Part shown: one piece after another, positions 1 to 11,500 of the stretch | How positions within the stretch are numbered: the first letter of the stretch is position 1 | How the letters are laid out: every line of letters begins with the position of its first letter | Notes under the pieces: generated by a model | What the model was told of the DNA's origin: nothing | The model's input: only the letters and a program-made list of their open reading frames with translations | The model's database searches: none | Made by a program: the position numbers and the translations under genes | Source: Bilabrum cf. latius | Taxonomy: Eukaryota | Assembly: GCA_965178125.1 (NCBI GenBank) | Contig: OZ237764.1 | Span: forward strand, 434,001-498,000 | Direction of reading: 5' to 3' | Length of the DNA: 64,000 nucleotides

Positions 1-864
1 ACGGATCCCACGGATGACGCAGACGACGAGTGGGGCGGCAAACCGGGGGCAGCGCCGGCAGGGAGCCCTCAGAGCGTCGTCGCTGGTGTGACGAGTGATG
101 GTGTGACGAGAGCATCTTCGGGCGCGGCAGTGGCATCGTCCTCGGCTCCGAGGTACAAGCACCTCGAAACCGACGACGGCTCCCACCTGCCTCCCATGAG
201 GCGTACTAAGCATGTGCCTGACATTGAGCCCGCCGGCAGTTCTCTTCAATCGAAATCGGGCAGGGGGCGTGGATCCAAGAGAGGGAAGAGGAGTCCCATG
301 GCAAGCAGCAGGAGCAAGGGGGGAGAACGAACAACCGCTGCCAAAAGCACAAGCACAAGCAGAAGCCCAACATCGAGGTCGAGTCCAAGCCAACAAGAGC
401 ACAGTGAAACCTCAGTAGACCCTCGGCAGATGCACGTGCATAAGGCAAAGTGGACGGACGGTGGGCTGGCTAGCGTTAGCCGCACTGGTGTGACGAGTGC
501 GCGACTGAACATGCGGCTAGGTGGCGATGGTGAAGACAAAGACGATGAGTCAGGCTCGCCAGCCAAGACCTAGCGCGGTGGCAGTGCCGAGGCTCGTGGG
601 GCTCGCGGGGTCGGCGTTCCTCCCGGATCCATGGGTAGTCCAGGCGCGGGGCGGCTTGTTTCACGCGGAAGCATAGGCAGGGGTTCGTCCGTTTTGCGCG
701 CGTCGAGAGGCGCGCGGGGCACAGGGCATGGTCTGTCGGGGGTGCGCACTGGCAGCGTGCATGGTCCAGGGCCAGGGCCAGGGCCAGGGCCAGGGTCTGG
801 CAGTCGGATCGGCGATGCCATCGCAAAGGCGGTCGAGGAAGGCGCACTGGGGTTCAATGGGTGA
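1..864 (+). CDS. 3' part of a low-complexity (S/G/R-rich) hypothetical protein; 5' end outside window
   Basis: Frame 1 is open from base 1. ORFs 88..573 and 631..864 are in frame, separated only by TAG 571-573. Ends TGA 862-864. Confidence 0.6.
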
Positions 865-1153
865 TGCGATGCATGCCGGCAAGAAAATCGGAGCTCTGAT
901 GCCTCAAGCGCTATGTAGGCCGAGCCAAGGCTACGACGCTGGGAGTGTGGCTGGGGGTCGGGAAGGAACCGGGATGAGCTGCGTTGCTTGTCGAGTGTGT
1001 TTGCGCTTCGGATGGGTATGCGCAACCGTTCGGGCAGGACAGACCTCCCTGAGGGCAAGTCAGACGGGTGGTGCTGGTCTAGACTCTAGATTACTATTGC
1101 GTATACAAATACCTTTGGATCTACAAGCAGTACAAGTATGCCATGCCACGGGA

Positions 1154-2758
1154 TCAAGAAATGATGCACGAACCGGGGCGCGGATTAGGCGGCAATGGGC
1201 CCGCCCTACCGGCCCCCGGATAAGAGGGCCCCGCTGACGATTGGTAACCACTTGCGTGCGATGGCATCCCCAGGTTGGGAAGTGGCCTTGGCCTTGCGTG
1301 GGCGATGGGAGGCCGGCCTGGTCTCGCCCCGTGATGCGTCGAGTGACCGGTTGCTGGTGCACCACCTTGCGCTGCGCCAGGCACCCCGTTCACTCCACTG
1401 CTCTGGTGAATCGGCTCGAAGTTGCCATTGCAGTACGTTGTGTCCCCCTTGATATCGTCTAGCCGCTCCCACACAACCGACGGCGCACCCTGTGCCAGGC
1501 CCTGGTCAGTCACGAGAAGGAACACCCTACCTTTGTGCACCGTCATGGTGTTGTAGTGTAGGTTCCTAAAGAATACCGCGACGTCGTGCTCCGCCAGCGA
1601 GTTCTGCAGCGCGACCAGCCCTGGCATCGTGATTTGCCCAGCGGTTTCCCGGAGGAACCTGCCCACTGCCTCCGACTGCACCGAGCGCGGTATTCGGGGC
1701 GATTTCGATTCAGAGGCAGATCCGCTGCCAGATACTTCGGCGGGCGGTGGCAAGCCTGTATCGGTACCTGACGATGCCGCTGCTGCCCCGTTTGCTTCCG
1801 CTTGAGGACCACTAGAAGCCCGCCGAGCAGCAGAGCGCTCTGTTGCCGCGCTTCCGGTGGCCGGCTGTGTGCTGGGTGTCGATCCACTAGAAGATAACAA
1901 TGGTACGTCCTGCCGTTGAGGAGCACGAGGGGGTTCGAATGGAGCAGCTGCTCGGGAGGACCCAATCCCCGGCTTGCTCTCCTCCACGGAAACAACACCA
2001 CTGGCACTGCCGGCGGCAGCTGGGATGCCAGATGTGCTTTCATCTGGATGCGACGGGACCGTCCCACCGGAAGCCTTGGCGCTGTGGGATTCAGTCCCTG
2101 GCTTGTCATAGACATTCCCGAGGTGCTGCTCGTACGTTGGGAGCGATGGCGGGACTGATGCAATGGGACCATCTGCCGAGCTGGATTGCATAGCAGCCGC
2201 CGGTGCGGCCTAACTCCCTTCTGTACAAAATAAAGCTACTCCTGGCGTCATTGGGGACACAGCTAGTTCGGTGGCTTTGTTGTATGTCAGCGTTTCTATC
2301 GAAATTCCCAGCGACTGCAGCTCTTCGCGAGTTCCGCCGCCCATCACCCAGGCATGAAGAATCCGCAGGCCCAACAGCTCGACAAGTTGCAGTTCAGCAG
2401 TAAGTTCGCATGACGATGGAGACGAAAAGCCTAAGTTTAAGTCCATTCCATGCTGCAACCGCGGCAACAGAGCGACAGACTCCGCAAGTACATGCTCTAC
2501 ATGACCTGAGGCCTCCCCGCTCGACTCTAGTTTTCTCGCTATATCGAAAAGGTAATTAGCTAGCATCTCTGCCAGAACACTCGACGGCAATCTCATTTGT
2601 TTGACGTGGGCATCAGGAATTTTAAGATTACCGCGAAGCAATAAGCAATTAGATGCAGCCACCAGCGGGCATGGCCCATTCTTGTTCTAGAGAACGATGG
2701 TTCGAGTCACTCCAGCTGTATGCACAGACTTAAGGGCGTGATACTTGTCGCCCTCCAT
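1154..2758 (-). CDS. MINDY-1/2 (FAM63) family deubiquitinase with C-terminal CaaX
   Basis: ATG 2758. IVL[TAG]NKNGPCPLVAASNCLLLRG catalytic Cys motif, LQHGMDLN, HAWV, VFFRNLHYNTM (catalytic His), LVTDQG, VVWERL. Ends CIIS-TGA. In-frame TAGs at 2689-2687 and 2212-2210. Confidence 0.92.
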
Positions 2759-2885
2759 GGACGATATATACTGGTGGATGAATTAGTTTACTGGAGCTTT
2801 CCGCGATATTTCGGCGAAGTCTGTGTTGCGTGCTGATATCGAAAATAATAATATTTAGCGGCACCTTCCCCATGCACTATAAATC

Positions 2886-3161
2886 ATGGATACAAAGAAC
2901 ATCCACGAAAAAATAGACGAGGATTGCGATAAAATGTTGGAAGCCATGAAGACTGTCCTGCAAGCAAGCAAACTTGGTGGTGCGGACAGGTTCAAGCCGG
3001 CTGAATTGCAAATCGCTGCAGCAACGCAACAGATCTCAACTGGGGCGTAGGGGCTTCTTGGTGTAGCCTCCTAGCTGCGAGACTCATCAGCAAGTGCAGG
3101 CGTCTCAAGTGTGCGTGAAACTGGCTCCGAGACCGCTGAAGGACACAACTCCACCACGTGA
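2886..3161 (+). CDS. Small helical protein, Mediator subunit MED22-like (91 aa)
   Basis: MDTKNIHEKIDEDCDKMLEAMKTVLQASKLG...ELQIAAATQQISTGA[TAG]GLLGVAS[TAG]LRDSS...TGA. The two-helix pattern resembles Med22. Absent from the ORF track because of TAGs at 3048 and 3072. Confidence 0.5.
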
Positions 3162-3218
3162 TCCTAGTACGTGGTACCAATCCGGTGCCAATCAAGAACT
3201 TTTCGTAGTTTAAAAGCA

Positions 3219-4830
3219 TCAATCACTAGAGATAACCGGATTGCCAGCACTTGCTCCGGGTGAAGCGCCGCCTTCACCTTCAGCGACCGTGGAAGTCACT
3301 GCCGTAGCCTCCGGCCTTGCTGCAGCAGGCGGTGCTCCTCCGCCACCACCAGATTCGCCTGGTCCAGGGACTTCCCACTGCGGCTGCGCCTGGCCACTGG
3401 TGGCACCTGCAGCGTTTGAGCCGGGTACCCCGTGGTACTGACCGTGCACGGTGCCGGCGCCGGCAGCGGCTGGCGCAGTGGCGGCGGGTGCGCCGTGGGC
3501 GGGTGGCGGTTGGTGTCCTGGGAGACCCTTGCTCGCTTCCCCCGCGGAGGCAAGCGGCTGTGCCTGGCCATGTGCAGGGGGCTGTGCCTGGTCATGTGCC
3601 TAGTGCTGGTACTGCGGCTGGGGCTGGTACTGCGGCTGGGGCTGCGGCTGTGCCTGCGCTGCGTATTGCTGTGGAGCGCCTGTGTAGGGGCCAGGGGGCG
3701 GTGGCTGGTGGGACGGTGGCTGCTGCTGCTGGTACTGCTGGTGTTGCTGCTGCTGGTGCTGCTGCTGCTGGTGCTGCTGCTGCGGCGGCGGTGCCCACTG
3801 GCCCTGTGGATGTCCCTGTGCTGGCGCCTGGCCTGTTGCTGGGGGTGGAGGGTGCCCCGTAGCGTATCCCGGGGACATCACCATGCCCTTGCCTGCGTCT
3901 GCCCCCGCTCCGGGGAGGGGTCCCGCCCCCGGCATGGGGTCCATTCCCGGGTGCACCCCGGGGGTGCCTGGGGGAGCCATAGATGCCGCGCCAGGGGCTG
4001 CCCCTGGGATGGCACCGCCCTGCGTGGCAGCGGCCTGGGTTGCAACCGGTGGAGGGGGGAAGAGAGGCACGTCTGGCAGCCTCCTTACCACCCCCGTGGC
4101 CATGAATGCCTCGATCCATGCGTCCAAATCGCCCTCTGATGGGAGGCAAATTTCCCACGCGAGTCCGGCTGGACGCCTCAGCACCACAGAGTATGGCGAG
4201 CTGAGCTGCGGGTTGACGAGCCACGAGGACATCCCGTCTCGAGGGGCGAGCTTGAGGCCACGCTAAAGGGAGCAGTCATCGAGCAGGAACGCGCCTTTTG
4301 GCTCGGATTGGGTGTGCGTAGCCTGCGAAAACGAACTATTCAAGCGTAGTACTGGACCATCATTCATGCTGGCACTGCAAAATGCATTAGGTAGCGATCA
4401 TTTGAAGGAATGCAGGGCCGAAGCTGCTGGGCCTCACGTAATACAACAGAATGCTCCCCCTCTGAACCAAGAATCGCCTCTGGAAATTTGCCCCAGCCAC
4501 ATATTTGTTGACGTATCCATATGCAGCGGGTTTTCTATAGTCGGAATCGAACCCTTCGAGAAGTGGTCTGGTGAGGACCACATTTGGGTGTGTTTGCGGC
4601 GCCGGAGCCGGAGCCGCTTGGCGGGGCTCAGACTCAGTAGCTGTAGCACTGGTGGCGTCTGCAACGCTTCCGGCAGCAGTACCTAAATCTGATGAACTCC
4701 CTGCATGCTACAAATGCTGTGGGGTTGGGGATGAGGTCGCCGGAATGCTAACAGATCTAAACTCTGGTGGACTCTACATTCCAGCAGCACCTTCTCCCTG
4801 ACTTGAAGCATGTGCAGCAGGGCTATCCAT
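3219..4830 (-). CDS. PH-domain protein with Q/P-rich tail; one intron (4323..4437)
   Basis: Spliced product AYGYVNKYVAGANFQRRFLVQRGSILLYY|ATHTQSEPKGAFLLDDCSL[TAG]...EICLPSEGDLDAWIEAF fits a PH fold. TAGs at 4776, about 4713, 4265 and 3602. Ends TGA 3221-3219. Start is ATG 4830 or upstream ATG 4965 (uncertain). Confidence 0.75.
4323..4437 (-). other. Spliceosomal intron (115 nt)
   Basis: GTGAGG...TTTTCGCAG; removal restores the PH-domain frame. Confidence 0.8.
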
Positions 4831-4977
4831 TGTAGATACGCAGGATACGTATGAATTCACCTGCAAAGCTTGTGCAAGGCAGTCTTGGGGTAGACTGTAG
4901 CTGGAGGAAGGATCCGACGATCTGGCGGCTCCGGACGAATTTCTTGACTGGAGAAAGCATGTCATTTAAATAGGTGC

Positions 4978-7900
4978 ATGGCTCTCGCCCTAGCTTTGTT
5001 TGTCATTAATTTCGCGCCAATTAGCTTTGGGGCTCGCGTGTCTCGTCTTGATGCGCCGTTACACCTTCGTGTGTCCGGATCTCATCTGCCGACCGTAGTG
5101 AACGACCAGGTTGCATTTGCTGTTGGCTCTGATGGCGGCACAGACAGCGATTTGTGGGGCTCGTCTGTTGTTGGAGCGCAAGTGATTGTCAATGAGCTGT
5201 CTTGGGACGGCGCGGTTGCCGCCTGTGCCTGGGACTCGGGCATGATCGTAATCCAATCCCCGCAAGAGCTCAGCTGGATCAAGTACGCAGGAGAACCCCT
5301 GCAGACAAACACTAAATACGCCTGGAAAGCGCGTATTTGGACCGATTCCGCCGGCCCGGATGCTCCCAGTCCGTACGCTGACGGACCGGAATTCCAAACG
5401 GGACTGCTGACCGAGCAGGACTGGAACGGTGCCGAGTGGGTAGGAAACGCAGTCACCAATCGTTCCATGCCGGAAAGCAGCGCGTCCCAGCTACTCTTTG
5501 ACGTTGAGTTCAACATTCCGGCAGGCGCAACTCTGCAGCATGCGTCCTGTTTCGTCTCGGGTCTGGGCGCCTATGCTGGCTGGCTGAGCGGCGTGCCCCT
5601 TGCCCCCGACGAGGTGCACGCAACTGTGACGGAATGGAGGAACAGGACCTTGTACGACGTGATCGACTGCACAGAGGCGCTCTAGCAGGCGCTGGCAGGG
5701 ACCGATGGCGCGGGGAGCCCTCTGGTGGGCGATTCCAGGGTCACGGTCGCATTCGAAATGGGCCGGTGGTGGTGGGCCATCTGGAACGATTACTTCTACA
5801 ACCCTCCATTTCCCATGCCACAGGGGCCGAGGATGGTCAGATTTGCCATCCAGTGGCAGACCCAGAACCCATCGGCGAACGGCACGGCCATCTCACGGGC
5901 ACAGGACGCCCGGCTGGGGGCAGGTGACCTGATTGAGGACGACATGCACCTGGGCGAGTTCAGGAGCGGCTAGAGGGCCACTCCGGGGTGGACGCAGAAG
6001 GGGTTCAACCCAGGTGGGACGCAGTGGCGGGCGGCGGACAAGCTGCCGGGGCCCACTGGAGCCATGGCGGTGACGCAGGAGCCCCCCATCCGGGTGCAGG
6101 AGACCCTCTTCCCCGAGTTTCTGGGGAGGAGGGGGGACCAGGGCCAGCTGGTGTTTGACGCGGGGAGGGAGGTCTCTGGACACTGCATGCTGGTGCTGCG
6201 GGCCGAGACTGATGCAGATGGTGCGGGGACTGGTGGTCCTGCCAGCGGGTCCGATTGGTGCACGGCCGGCACGGTGGTCAAGACCATCTATGCTGAGACT
6301 CTCTACGACAATGGCACCGTGATGCCCACACCCACGGTGCCTGACCGCAAGCATGGCGGCAGGGAGCAGCAGGTGGCCCGGTATGAGTGCGCAGGTGACC
6401 CAGGCTTGGACCCTCCCGTGGTGCCCAACCGCTTCATGTACACTGGCTATCGGTACATCGGGGTAGAGGGGTGGAAGGGCCCCTCGCCCTCCCAGTCCAA
6501 CCCCGTGCTCAAGTGCCTGTCCTTCCACACTGACCTGAAGAACGCTTCCGAGCTGGAGCTGGGGCCCGAGCTTGAGGATGCCTCGGCATCGGACCAGAGC
6601 GCCGTGAGTGCGGGGTATGCCCTGACCCGAGTGGTGAACGCCACCCGTGCATCCGGCGTGCTGAACTTCATGTCTATCCCCACGGACTGTCCCACGAGAG
6701 AGAAGCGGGGCTGGATGGGAGACAGCGGGGCGGCTCTTCTCTTCATGGCGGCTGCCTTCGACATGCAGGCCCCTTACAGGAAATGGCTCACCGATATCCG
6801 GCAGGGGCAGTCTCATGCGACCCACAAGGGAGCCGTGGGCGACATGGAACCCTCGATCTTCAACTCTGCCAGCGGGGCTTACTACGGCGAGGTGCCCTGG
6901 GGGGCTGCGTACCCGCTGATATTCGACTACGTCTGGCGCCACTACGGCGACAGTGGCATCCTCGAGGAGCACTACCAGGGCGTGAAGGACTACGTTGACC
7001 TGCTCCTGGGGTTCACCAACCAGAGCACTGGCGTGTTTATTGCGGATGCATTTCCAGGCACGGCGTACGGTGACTGGTGCGCTGCCCGTAACGTGACTGA
7101 AGGGTGCGCGCACGTGTCCAACGACATTGACTCCTATTTCCTTCTGCTGGGCCTGGACGCCGTGACTCGAGCGGCTCACGCCATGGGCGACGCACCCAGT
7201 GAGGCAAAGTACGGCAAGCTGGCAACGCAGCTGCGGCTGTCGTACCACGATGTGTACTACGACCAGACCACGGGTCAGTTCAGGGACCCTGACCTGCCGG
7301 CAAAGACCGGTCGAACAAGGGCGGTGAACATCCGCCCGCCACTCCAGACATCACAGGCAATCGGCCTAAGGCTCGGTGTGCTTCAGGACCCGGCCGAGAA
7401 GCAGCGTGCTGCCGCAGTGCTGAAGCAAAGCGTAGTTGATACCGACTACGCGATGCAGACCGGGGTGGTGGGTGCAGCTGTCCTCACAACCGTGCTGCAG
7501 ACCGAGGGCTTCGAGGAGGAAGCGGCCCAGGTGCTGACCAGGACGGGCCTGCCTTCCTACTACTGGATGGCCACCACGGGGGGAAGCACCATCTGGGAGC
7601 ACTGGTTCGGATCGTACTAGAATGGGTCCTATGCTGGCGGTTCTTGGGCGCACATCATGTTCGGGGGCTCCGTGAGCTTCGCTTACACGGGCATCGGCGG
7701 CATCCGGCCGGTAGATGACTCGGCCGTGGACCCGTGGGGCCAGGTGGTGGTGGCACCCAGGCCAGACCTGGTGGGCGTGCAGTGGGTCAGCAGCTCGAGG
7801 ACGATGGCGAGGGGCATAGTGCGGGCCAACGTGTCTGTGCCTCTGCCGCAGGAGAGCGAGGATGGAGCCGGGACGGTGACACGGGTGCAGGTCAGCGTGC

Positions 7901-8211
7901 CTCTGGGCACCAAGGCGCGCGTGATCGCGCCGGTCAGCTCCATGGAGTCCTGCAGCGTATTGGAGCGGACCAGCGGATAGGGAGGACAGTGCAGCAGCGC
8001 AGTTAACCAGCAGGGAAGCGGTGGAAACGAGGACCAGAACTGCGGTCGGTGGCACGTTGCGTTCGGCGATCGTGCAGCTGTGCTTGCCTCGCTGTCTGGG
8101 GCGGACGCAACCCAGCAGCCTTCAAGCTTGCAGAGCAGCAGCTCAGTCGCGCCTGTCATAGGCCTGACTCTCGGTAGCGGAACGTACGACCTGGCGGTGA
8201 AGTGCGCGTGA
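4978..8211 (+). CDS. Secreted alpha-L-rhamnosidase, GH78 family
   Basis: Signal-peptide-like N-terminus, YAWKARIW, FQTGLL, FMYTGYRY, SIPTDCPTREKRGWMGD, YGDWC, TIWEHW, SWAHIMFGG, C-terminal GSGTYDL. Four ORF pieces in one frame joined by TAGs at 5683, 5971, 7618, 7978. Ends TGA 8209-8211. Confidence 0.92.
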
Positions 8212-8539
8212 TCCGTTGGGAGTGGCACGGCCTGGTGAGAGGCCCTGTCCTTTTGACCCCACAGATCTTGTGGTGTGTTTTTATAAGTACATCCAGGATA
8301 GTACATTGGATCAAGTGCACCAAGAGATGAAGATCCATAGGATTAGACACAAGTCACCCGCTTTCATCACCTTGCGGGAAAGCAGTTTGCCTTGGCCTAG
8401 GCCCACCTCATGAATCCGTCTCATGAATCCGGAATTTGGATCTGATCCGTCCTTCGGATCCGGATCATACCGCCGGACTCTCCTTAGTCACATACCCATC
8501 CAGTCCCATGGGTCTCCCCTCAGCACGCTATTTTCCTGC

Positions 8540-11500
8540 TCATCTCTCTATCCTCCCCTCTTTCCCACCATTGTCGATTTGAAGGCCTGATCTTGACCTT
8601 GAGTGGCTTGCCTCCGCCAGCAGCCGTAGCACGCGCGGCAGGAAACGTCTCCGCAGCTTGGTCCTCCGTAGCTGGGAGGTAGGGGTGGCTAAACCCGTTC
8701 TGGAGCTGAACGCGCGCGTGGTCAAATACAGCATCCGAGGCATCTCACACGGCAGCAGCCCCGCCTCTTCCGCCGCCTTCCGCATCAATCTCATCGCATG
8801 CTACTGCACGTGGCTGTGCCTGCACAGCGCCCTAAGGTCGAGCTGAATGTCCTGTGTTGCCCTCTCGTCAGCACCAAAGAAGTACGCGGCCTCGTGGTCG
8901 ACGCTCACGCACGCCGCCATGCCCCACGCAGGCTCCTTGGCCACGTGTGTCCCGAGCAACCCACGGTTCCCCTTGAGGATATAGCCGTGGTCTGACAGGC
9001 GCTCGCCCCTTAGATTCAACAAGTACACGCTCTTGCACAGCTATGATGCGTGGCATAGCACGGCTTCCACCTCCTCGCCGACGCAGTAGAGCCTCCTGCC
9101 ATCAGGGGCCCTTGCAGCGCACGCGATGTCAGGGCGATGGTCCGGCTCGCGCACTGCCGCACTGCGCGATGAATCCCCGTCATAGCTGCTGTCAAGTGCA
9201 TTCGCGCCTGACGCATGCGTGGTCGTCACATCCGCCGCTTCATACACGCTGAGGATGTCGCCGAGCACCTCCACCCGCTGGCGAGGCCGTAGCAGCAGAC
9301 CGTCTGTGGAGGGGCACGTGATGCGCACGTCAGGCGCAACAGCTTTGGACCTTTTCGTGGCTTTCATTTTCTCTGCTCCATCCAATGGTGACTTATTCTG
9401 CTTCTCGGACCCTATTACGGGCCCCTTCGTGTTGCTAGTTCCAGCGAGCGCAACAACCACGATGCCACACCTGTCGTAGATCTATGGGCCAGGCATGGAC
9501 TGTGCTCCCATGGGAGTTCGATTACTCGGATCGTCTCCTTCCGTCCCGGTTTCCTAATCGATGCAGCCAGATAGGTCCACGTTGGAGCCTCGACCAAACG
9601 CGTGTGACGAGTACACCCCCTGGCCACGGCCCTCGGTGGCCGCCGAGCCTGTGGCGCACGAGGCGTCGTCGTCGTCCAACCCACGGGTTGTTCTCGAATC
9701 CCCGTACATGCAGCGCCCCACCATCTCCATAGCAGGGTGTACCCCTGGCACCTTGGCGTCACGAACCGGATTCGTACTGCTACTGGGCTCTAGTCTAGCC
9801 TTTGCACCTGTGCCGCTACGTTGTGCTGCCTTGGCTGCCACGGCACGCCGAAGCGATCTGGGCTGCAATATGCACAGCTCTCCAACGACTGCCTGCAAGG
9901 GACTACCAGCAGGAGCATAGCCACTGGAAACAGTCGGGGGGCGGCCTCGCCTCATCGATGATATTAGGGCCTGGGCGCACCGTGGTGCCACTGTGGCGTT
10001 TGTGCCGCCCAGCCTGAACGTGCCGATTCCACATGCCTGCTAGTGGCTTGCTTTTCCCTACTCTTCGCCATCCAACTTCCGTGGAAGAGCCTTCTATACC
10101 TTTTCTGTCTGCTACTTGCTATTTTCATCGTTTTCACCGCGCTGAGATTCCTTAGTAGCCGGTGCATCGGACCCTCGGTCGGGGAGGGGTAACCGGGCCG
10201 AGACTTCCACTGGGAGCACACCCAGCTGCAGACCCGGCACGCCGGACAGTGTCACGGAATACTTGTGGGGATCCAGCTTCCCCTTGAATTGACCCGCGAT
10301 CATCCGAATACCCCTGGAAATGATCTTTTTCGATTTGCGCAAGGATCCGCTGCTTGAGCTGAAAGAAGAGGATCCGTCTTCTCGGCTGCTATGGCTATTG
10401 TCTTCTTCTCTGAGAACCTGCGGCATCGATACCGCTACAAACCCGTATTCAGGAGCCGTGATACCCTGCACCATGGGCACGCACATGGACAGCTCAACTG
10501 TCTCGCGCACCGCTGGATTCACGCTCAGGGTGCGGCAATGGCTGCCCATGACAAGGATAAACCGGAATGCGCTGGATCCGATCACCCTCTGCAGGCCCCT
10601 GAACACGAGCACATCGCCCCACGAGTCCTGCCTGAGGTACCCAGGGTGCCCCTTGCTCCTGTACTCCTTCTGTTTCTGCTGCACCGCAAGCTGGTATGCC
10701 ATTCGGTAGGGCAAGGACCAGGACCGCTGGATCCTCTGGAGGTGCAGCGACACTGCCTGCAGCATCCTGCTGGATGCCGTGAGGAATGTAGGCTTCAGGT
10801 CGTGGATGGCAGCTGCCAGCTGGTCAAATCTGTTCGGGGGTACAAACCCGATGGACATGCCCAGTCTCAGCGCCAGGAGCACCATCGCCCTCTCGCCCTC
10901 GTACGCGAGCGGCAGGTACGAGCAATGAACGTCTTGCGAGCGCAACAGGCCGCCAAGTGGGTGTGCCCTCAGTCGGAGCGCCATCGCACACAAACTGCCC
11001 TACGTGTGGTCGATCCGTCTCACGCCGTCATCCTGAGTCCATTCGAACATGACGCTGGCAGGGGCCTCTGGGCTGTCTGGTGCCCTATGCCGGAGGGGGT
11101 ACGCCCTGCCCGCCGCGACCACGAACGAGTAGTCTCTCAGCTCCACACCGGCTTCATGCGCCAAGATCTGCTCGTCGTATCCAAGAGGCTGCGTCTGGAT
11201 GACCAGCTTGATGCCGGGGCAGTGCCCACTCGCGATCGCCTCGATGATCACAGGCACCCAGGACCTGTCGCACACGATGGCACCAAGGTTGCACAAATCC
11301 AGCACCTCGGTCAGCAAAGCGGACGAAGGTGCGTGCAGTGCCACAGACACGAGCTCAAAGCACCAGCATGCGGCGTCCGTGATCACCCACTGGGGGCAAT
11401 TCGGAGCCAGAATTCCCACCTCTGTTCCTGGTCGCAGACGGCCTAGGTGCACGAGCCCCGACCCGAAAAATGACGCCTTCGCCTGCAGCTCGCTGTAGCT

